Shown piece by piece: positions 40,701 through 45,585 of a DNA stretch of 45,585 nucleotides. The position numbers and the translations under genes are program-made. Position 1 is the first letter of the stretch, and each line of letters begins with the position of its first letter. This DNA comes from Babesia bigemina (Eukaryota): the NCBI RefSeq assembly GCF_000981445.1, contig NW_012237203.1:1-45585 (forward strand), written 5' to 3'. The notes beneath the pieces were generated by a model. It was not told where the DNA came from. It made no database searches and saw only the letters and a program-made list of their open reading frames with translations.

Positions 40701-43639
40701 TTCAGTTCATCGGCGAAGTGCTTTTCAGCATCCGAGGTGAATTTGAGTAACTTCTTGGTCAACTCGATTGGTTTGTCGACAAGCGTCTTTTGGAGTTCAG
40801 TGAGGTCATGCTTGATCTTCTTGATGCTATGCTCAGTGCCAGTTGCCTTTTCTTCGTGCTTCTTAAAGTATGTATCTCGCAGCTTGAGTAATTCCGTTTT
40901 GGCACTAGCAGGATCCAGTTCAGCGGCATATTGAATTGCACTGCACAGGTTGTTGAGGTCATTGGTAACGTCGGCATATTTCATGGCAACTTGACCGCTA
41001 AAGGTGTCGATATTAGACAAAGCATTCTGCACTTGCTCCCTAATCTCACCGATCGCCGCGGGGAGGGAGCCTTCATCGGAGGTGCCGGTTAGTTCAGTGC
41101 CGTTTTTAATGGGACCCGATTCTTGTATGACAAATTTATTGTATGTGTTAAACGTCGTTTCCGTTTCGAGCGTGACTGTTTGACTCGTTCCGTTCGGCAA
41201 CTTTCTTCCAATCTCATTCGTCACCTCGTCGATCGCGGTGTCTACGGCGGCGGCGTAGTTCGTCTCATCAGCGGAATTGCCTACGTTAAGTGCCTTATCA
41301 ATTTTCCCTACAAGATCATTTGCGTTGTTATGTATGTTGTCTAAGCTTATAAATTTACAGTCATTAAGCAATTTTTCGACTTGTTCTGCGGTTTGTTTAG
41401 CAGTTGTGTAAAGCGCTATGATCGTATATTCAATGGCAATCAGAAGTGAAGCGCTTTGTTCTGATGTCTTCTGACTTTTTAGCAGAATAGCTCTCTCAAT
41501 ATCACCGAGTATAGATTCGGCGGACTCATAAATGTCCGTTTCGTCGAATTTGGCATCAAGCAGTTTGACAAAATCATGGCAGGCTTGTTTGACAGCGTTA
41601 AGTGTGTTCTTTATGACTCCTTCTTCTGTTTTATGCTCCATTAGTTGTCGAACTCTTTCACCTGCTTGAGGAATTGCACTCGTCGTAAATTCTTTCTTAA
41701 TCATATCCCTTATTATTTTGTTGAGCGATGTATTGACGCCTGCTTTTCCACCAGTCTTGTAATCCGGGTTTAACTTATCATAATTAGCTGTATTATAGTC
41801 CCGTGTATAATCCTGCGCCGTCTTATCTTTCCTCAAAATATCATCTAACCAGGCATCCACAATCGTCTCGAAGCTCTTATACTTATTTCCATGATCTAGG
41901 ACGGCATTCAAAATAGCGGCAAGACCTTCTGGTCGAGGTGCTCCTTTTCCTCTAATGCTTGCAACTTGCCCTTTCAAATGTTTGATGACCTCCTGAAGCT
42001 GTTTCTTATTTTCCTTGCTTTTCAGACCTCTACCGTATGCATCAAATTTATCATACAACTTCCCAATCGCCTCCTTAATCCCCGTCACCTGCCCCTCCAC
42101 CGCTTGCTTCACCTTATACAAATCCTCTTTAAGCTTTCCGTCCATGTCTTTCACCTTCCCAAGCGCTGTTTTAACTGTCTCCGCTACTTTTTTCTTAGCT
42201 TCCTCTCCAGCGTCATATAACATATCAACCTGCTTCTTAAGCCCATCAGCAGCCTCATAAATTGAAGAAACTTTATTGAACGTAGAGCCCTGATTCACAT
42301 ACTCCAATATGTTCTCAACCTGCTTTAGCGCCGCCTCAACGGCGACTTCCGCCTGCTTAATCCATCCTTCGAATGCATCAAGGTGATGCAGCAGATTGCT
42401 ATTTATTGTGTTAAGTTCATCTGAAATTTTCGTAACTCGCTCATTAATGTTTTTAATCAACTCCTTCATTTGCGCATCAATTCTACAGTCCACGTTCACT
42501 TTCAAACTGCTCAACGTCTTCTTAATTTTATCTTCCGTTGCCTCTAAATCCTTACTCTCTTTACTCGACAACTCTTTAAGACGCTTACTCTCATGCTGCA
42601 TATTCTTACGCACGTTCTCAATTGTATCACGCAATTTGGGATTTAAGTCTTTTATCGCATTTTTTGTGGCGTCTGTTTTTGTTTTAATGTCAACAGCAGT
42701 AATAAAGTCTTTTGCATATTTTCGACAATCCTCCACCAAGGATTTTGCCTTCTCGACACTCTCTTGGGTGGAAGCCGTAGGCCTTTTTGGATCAATGCTA
42801 TTTGGCAATTTAGTTTGTAACTCTTCTTTTTTATAGTTTTTCATGCCTCTTTGAAGATTTTTAATTGCCGTCTTAACAAGGTCATTCGACTTTTTTACAT
42901 TACCATTATACCTCCCCACCCCTTCGACCACCTTTCCAATCGCAACATTAAAACCTTTTTTACCGGCGTGTTTATTTTGCTCAAGAAGCGTAATTGCTTC
43001 ATTTAAAGTGTTTTTATGCTGCCCTAAATGGCTGTAGATGTTACTGAGAACACCACTCAAAAATCCCATCACCCCGTCACACAGCCTGTCCAGGTCGGAG
43101 TACACAATGCCCTGGCCATCGTAGCCTTTGGAAGATGGATTGAAGCCGAGGAAAGTCTCGAGGCCAGAGCAGAGGTTTTCTAAAAGATTTTTGCAATTGT
43201 TTTTTTCAGTAAATCCAGTAAGACTCTCTTTAAGCTTTTCAAGCTGAGACAACTTGGACTCAATGTCCTTTATGGCAGGAGATGGAGGATGTTTTTTGTG
43301 AGCATTTATACACTCTTCTAGACATGTTTTATTAAACTTTATATTGTGATTTTCAGCGATTTCATTTTCTTTTTTCCCAGATTCTTTAAGCTTCTTAGTA
43401 GTGTCACTAATTTGCTTCTCGTAGTACTGACAGTAAGTCTCTTTATCAGAGTATTTGAAGGGGCAAGAAAGTTTCTTTTTTTCGGCTTGGAGGGACTTAG
43501 TAGCGCTACTTATAGCCTCCTCAATCAACTTTTTTAAAGCTTTAGCCAACTTGGTAAGACCCTCACCATCACCATTCCCATACCTAACCTGGATCAACCA
43601 GTCGATGGACTCAGTCAGAAGGGAAGTGAAGGGTGACAA
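37781..43639 (-). CDS. ves1: ves1-like variant antigen (ves-D), ~1950-codon open frame; no ATG in first ~190 codons
   Basis: Has ESIDWLIQV near the N-terminus, LCSGLETFLGF...YSDLDRLCDGVM, SPLQSFLED, a TM and the tail NKLNRVFYLQP. The track start is TTG, and the leader ATG at 43673 is out of frame. Confidence 0.82.
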   Translation of the reverse strand: MSPFTSLLTESIDWLIQVRYGNGDGEGLTKLAKALKKLIEEAISSATKSLQAEKKKLSCPFKYSDKETYCQYYEKQISDTTKKLKESGKKENEIAENHNIKFNKTCLEECINAHKKHPPSPAIKDIESKLSQLEKLKESLTGFTEKNNCKNLLENLCSGLETFLGFNPSSKGYDGQGIVYSDLDRLCDGVMGFLSGVLSNIYSHLGQHKNTLNEAITLLEQNKHAGKKGFNVAIGKVVEGVGRYNGNVKKSNDLVKTAIKNLQRGMKNYKKEELQTKLPNSIDPKRPTASTQESVEKAKSLVEDCRKYAKDFITAVDIKTKTDATKNAIKDLNPKLRDTIENVRKNMQHESKRLKELSSKESKDLEATEDKIKKTLSSLKVNVDCRIDAQMKELIKNINERVTKISDELNTINSNLLHHLDAFEGWIKQAEVAVEAALKQVENILEYVNQGSTFNKVSSIYEAADGLKKQVDMLYDAGEEAKKKVAETVKTALGKVKDMDGKLKEDLYKVKQAVEGQVTGIKEAIGKLYDKFDAYGRGLKSKENKKQLQEVIKHLKGQVASIRGKGAPRPEGLAAILNAVLDHGNKYKSFETIVDAWLDDILRKDKTAQDYTRDYNTANYDKLNPDYKTGGKAGVNTSLNKIIRDMIKKEFTTSAIPQAGERVRQLMEHKTEEGVIKNTLNAVKQACHDFVKLLDAKFDETDIYESAESILGDIERAILLKSQKTSEQSASLLIAIEYTIIALYTTAKQTAEQVEKLLNDCKFISLDNIHNNANDLVGKIDKALNVGNSADETNYAAAVDTAIDEVTNEIGRKLPNGTSQTVTLETETTFNTYNKFVIQESGPIKNGTELTGTSDEGSLPAAIGEIREQVQNALSNIDTFSGQVAMKYADVTNDLNNLCSAIQYAAELDPASAKTELLKLRDTYFKKHEEKATGTEHSIKKIKHDLTELQKTLVDKPIELTKKLLKFTSDAEKHFADELKKEVEKDIQNAEKSLTSHVRWQYVDSIKLLLQACADKAQEELSPLPKLIDIDLTIGFKGFMKAVEGEVTEGKNIGQNIEKLSSRAADPVDSADKRTAFQNLSKAFKHFWSPLASYVNKEIVRLNEEENDKKHPAVKDVYDYHGQLIAIYDAFNEALTHINKTHRYDHTLPELLDNVDAAIANLKPDGFAKPSSPVIDSLTEGLTHFVGELRKVYISAYDKETFESELIHDTGKDVVYSNNVDRIKELTKYGEKCAKVFLTLLEVLTHELDGLKKGCGKHQTKQISLKALENRKSVDNPLGAFFQKNGYRVSKEADSHEGELRNKTKFTAKEISDNLLNKHLNFNYDAIKEWKKTKNNAAARSSHAASQITLLDILDFFHEHLLDYFKTSHLRHIPSPKAPCNIYQMLQWLTGLRYNPMYETLCGHFKGLFKKPEGDKAQKDSEYKLDSTETKLNAEELTTMLRRVCNYSVDVLVAIQGHGHADGVYAVDFYVNSEGLSYPSNPGQCFDLLVDVASRVYHQMLFLYKQCNNGPQSSGWSDCHYGRGIAGSAWNCNTLQCPDQECEQKHDQTADQHYKCGVKSPLQSFLEDGLPGFLPHQFTKPGCKLECAVPNHFGKPCLTPMGFTDIGIAASHTKQGKHLKDVLEKFCGTVDPRLTKLCSMLTCLLQKPPQTLGDIFAFYHKFLDKWDKSSEHKNAAFVEAVQKANFGNAQTKLDVACIQSGHTHSDKHLKGELLTLTKCNSNVSPTPPCGAYLQPLYLQTREIYSKHHADRYLSWVVYITDTFYDLLKKLYDECCKKCKTPGSRCYEKCCTANCQVTYSAEEPTVNTLEDVKHNTNCNSIVKCPNTHPTLYKYGFTFGSPHDLSGQYHAKTRRTCKDFCTALERVIGKGCLLADLLKHIDNFLWIIRQPFSYLVLSLWLLSLFYLLHIMVIRLDLLHIKSHLHSPSSHRIAAQSLLAAARVNKLNRVFYLQP

Positions 43640-43699
43640 GGCACAAGTTATTGCTATGGTTTATAGAGGTCATAGCGGTATTATGGCGAGGTGATTCAA

Positions 43700-45585
43700 G
43701 GGATGTAGAGTGGGTTAAGGGGTGATGTAGAGTGGGTTAAGGAGCGATGTAGAGTGTATAAAGGGGCGATGTAGAGTGTATAAAGGGGCGATGTAGAGTG
43801 GATAAAGGGGCGATGTAGAGTGGGTAGAGGGGCGATGTGGAGTGGATAAAGGAGCGATGTAGAGTGGATAAAGGGGCGATGTGGAGTGGATAGAGGAGCG
43901 ATGTAGAGTGGGTAAAGGGGCGATGTAGAGTGGGTTAGGGAGCGATGTAGAGTGGGTAAAGGAGCGATGTAGAGTGGGTAAAGGGGCGATGTAGAGTGGG
44001 TTAAGGGGCGATGTGGAGTGGGTTAAGGGGCGATGTGGAGTGGATAAGGAGCGATGTGGAGTGGATAAAGGGGCGATGTGAAGTGGGTTAGGGAGCGATG
44101 TGGAGTGGATAAAGGGGCGATGTAAGGTGGATAAAGGGGCGATGTAGAGTGGGTTAAGGGGCGATGTAGAGTGGATAAAGGGGCGATGTAGAGTGGGTAG
44201 AGGGGCGATGTGGAGTGGATAAAGGAGCGATGTAGAGTGGATTAGGGAGCGATGTAGAGTGGGTTAAAGGGCGATGTAGAGTGGGTAAAGGGGCGATGTA
44301 GAGTGGATAAAGGGGCGATGTGGAGTGGATAGAGGAGCGATGTAGAGTGGGTAAAGGGGCGATGTAGAGTGGGTTAGGGAGCGATGTAGAGTGGGTTAAG
44401 GAGCGATGTAGAGTGGGTTAAGGGGCGATGTAGAGTGGATAAAGGGGCGATGTAGAGTGGGTTAAGGAGCGATGTAGAGTGGGTTAAGGAGCGATGTAGA
44501 GTGGGTAAAGGGGCGATGAGGAGTGGATAAAGGGGCGATGTAGAGTGGGTTAGGGAGCGACGTAGAGTGGGTTAGGGAGCGACGTAGAGTGGGTAAAGGA
44601 GCGATGTAGAGTGGGTAAAGGGGCGATGTAGAGTGGATAGAGGAGCGATGAAGAGTGGGTTAAGGGGCGATGTAGAGTGGGTTAGGGAGCGATGTAGAGT
44701 GGGTTAGGGAGCGATGTAGAGTGGATAGAGGAGCGATGTAGAGTGGATTAAGGGGCGATGTGGAGTGGGTTAAGGGGCGATGTAGAGTGGATAAGGGAGC
44801 GATGTGGAGTGGGTTAGGGAGCGATGTGGAGTGGGTTAAGGGGCGATGTGGAGTGGGTAAAGGAGCGATGTAGAGTGGGTAAAGGGGCGATGTAGAGTGG
44901 GTTAGGGAGCGATGTAGAGTGAGTTAAGGGGCGATGTGGAGTGGGTAAAGGGGCGATGTGGAGTGGGTAAAGGGGCGATGTGGAGTGGGTTAGGGAGCGA
45001 TGTAGAGTGGGTTAGGGAGCGGTGTCGAGTGGGTTAGGGAGCGATGTGGAGTGGGTTAAGGGGCGATGTGGAGTGGATAAAGGGGCGATGTAGAGTGGGT
45101 TAAGGGGCGATGTAGAGTGGGTTAAGGGGCGATGTGGAGTGGGCTAGGGAGCGATGTAGAGTGGATAAAGGGGCGATGTAGAGTGGGTTAGGGAGCGATG
45201 TGGAGTGGGTTAAGGAGCGATGTAAGGTGGTAAAGGGGCGATGTAGAGTGGGTTAAGGGAGCGATGTAGAGTGGGTTAGGGAGCGATGTAGAGTGGATAA
45301 AGGAGCGATGTAGAGTGGATAAAGGAGCGATGTAGAGTGGGTTAAGGGGCGATGTGGAGTGGATAAAGGGGCGATGTAGAGTGGGTTAAGGGGCGATGTA
45401 GAGTGGGTTAAGGGGCGATGTGGAGTGGGCTAGGGAGCGATGTAGAGTGGATAAAGGGGCGATGTAGAGTGGGTTAGGGAGCGATGTGGAGTGGGTTAAG
45501 GAGCGATGTAAGGTGGTAAAGGGGCGATGTAGAGTGGGTTAAGGGAGCGATGTAGAGTGGGTTAGGGAGCGATGTAGAGTGGATA
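43700..45585. repeat. 22-bp minisatellite array 5 (continues past window end)
   Basis: Same unit as array 1. Confidence 0.97.

Noticed and set aside
43700..45585. True telomere at the window end
   Set aside because: TTAGGG occurs only within a 22-bp unit, and the same arrays lie internally four times.

Overview
This is eukaryotic DNA, most likely from a piroplasm (Babesia bigemina/ovata-like). That assignment is inferred from protein resemblance to VESA1 variant erythrocyte surface antigens. The window is a head-to-tail, minus-strand array of five ves1-like copies (one partial). Each copy is preceded by a 1.5-3.2 kb G-rich 22-bp minisatellite plus a shared ~100-bp leader, and the four complete copies are followed by one of two types of 3' module. 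Two modules carry a small 18-Cys, C-terminally anchored membrane protein gene with tandemly amplified intron-like units upstream. The main discovery is a 4323-bp non-LTR retrotransposon at 17118-21440. It encodes a reverse transcriptase, a CCHC knuckle and a restriction-like endonuclease (R4/Dong-like), and it is inserted into a ves1 coding sequence with a perfect 13-bp target-site duplication (GGTGGCGCACTGC). Removing it restores an open ~1860-codon ves frame. Its single ORF is broken only by two 1-nt deletions. Apicomplexans are generally described as almost free of transposons, so this is unusual. None of the ves copies has an intact 5' start, and their N- and C-terminal halves group discordantly, as expected for a silent, recombining antigen archive.
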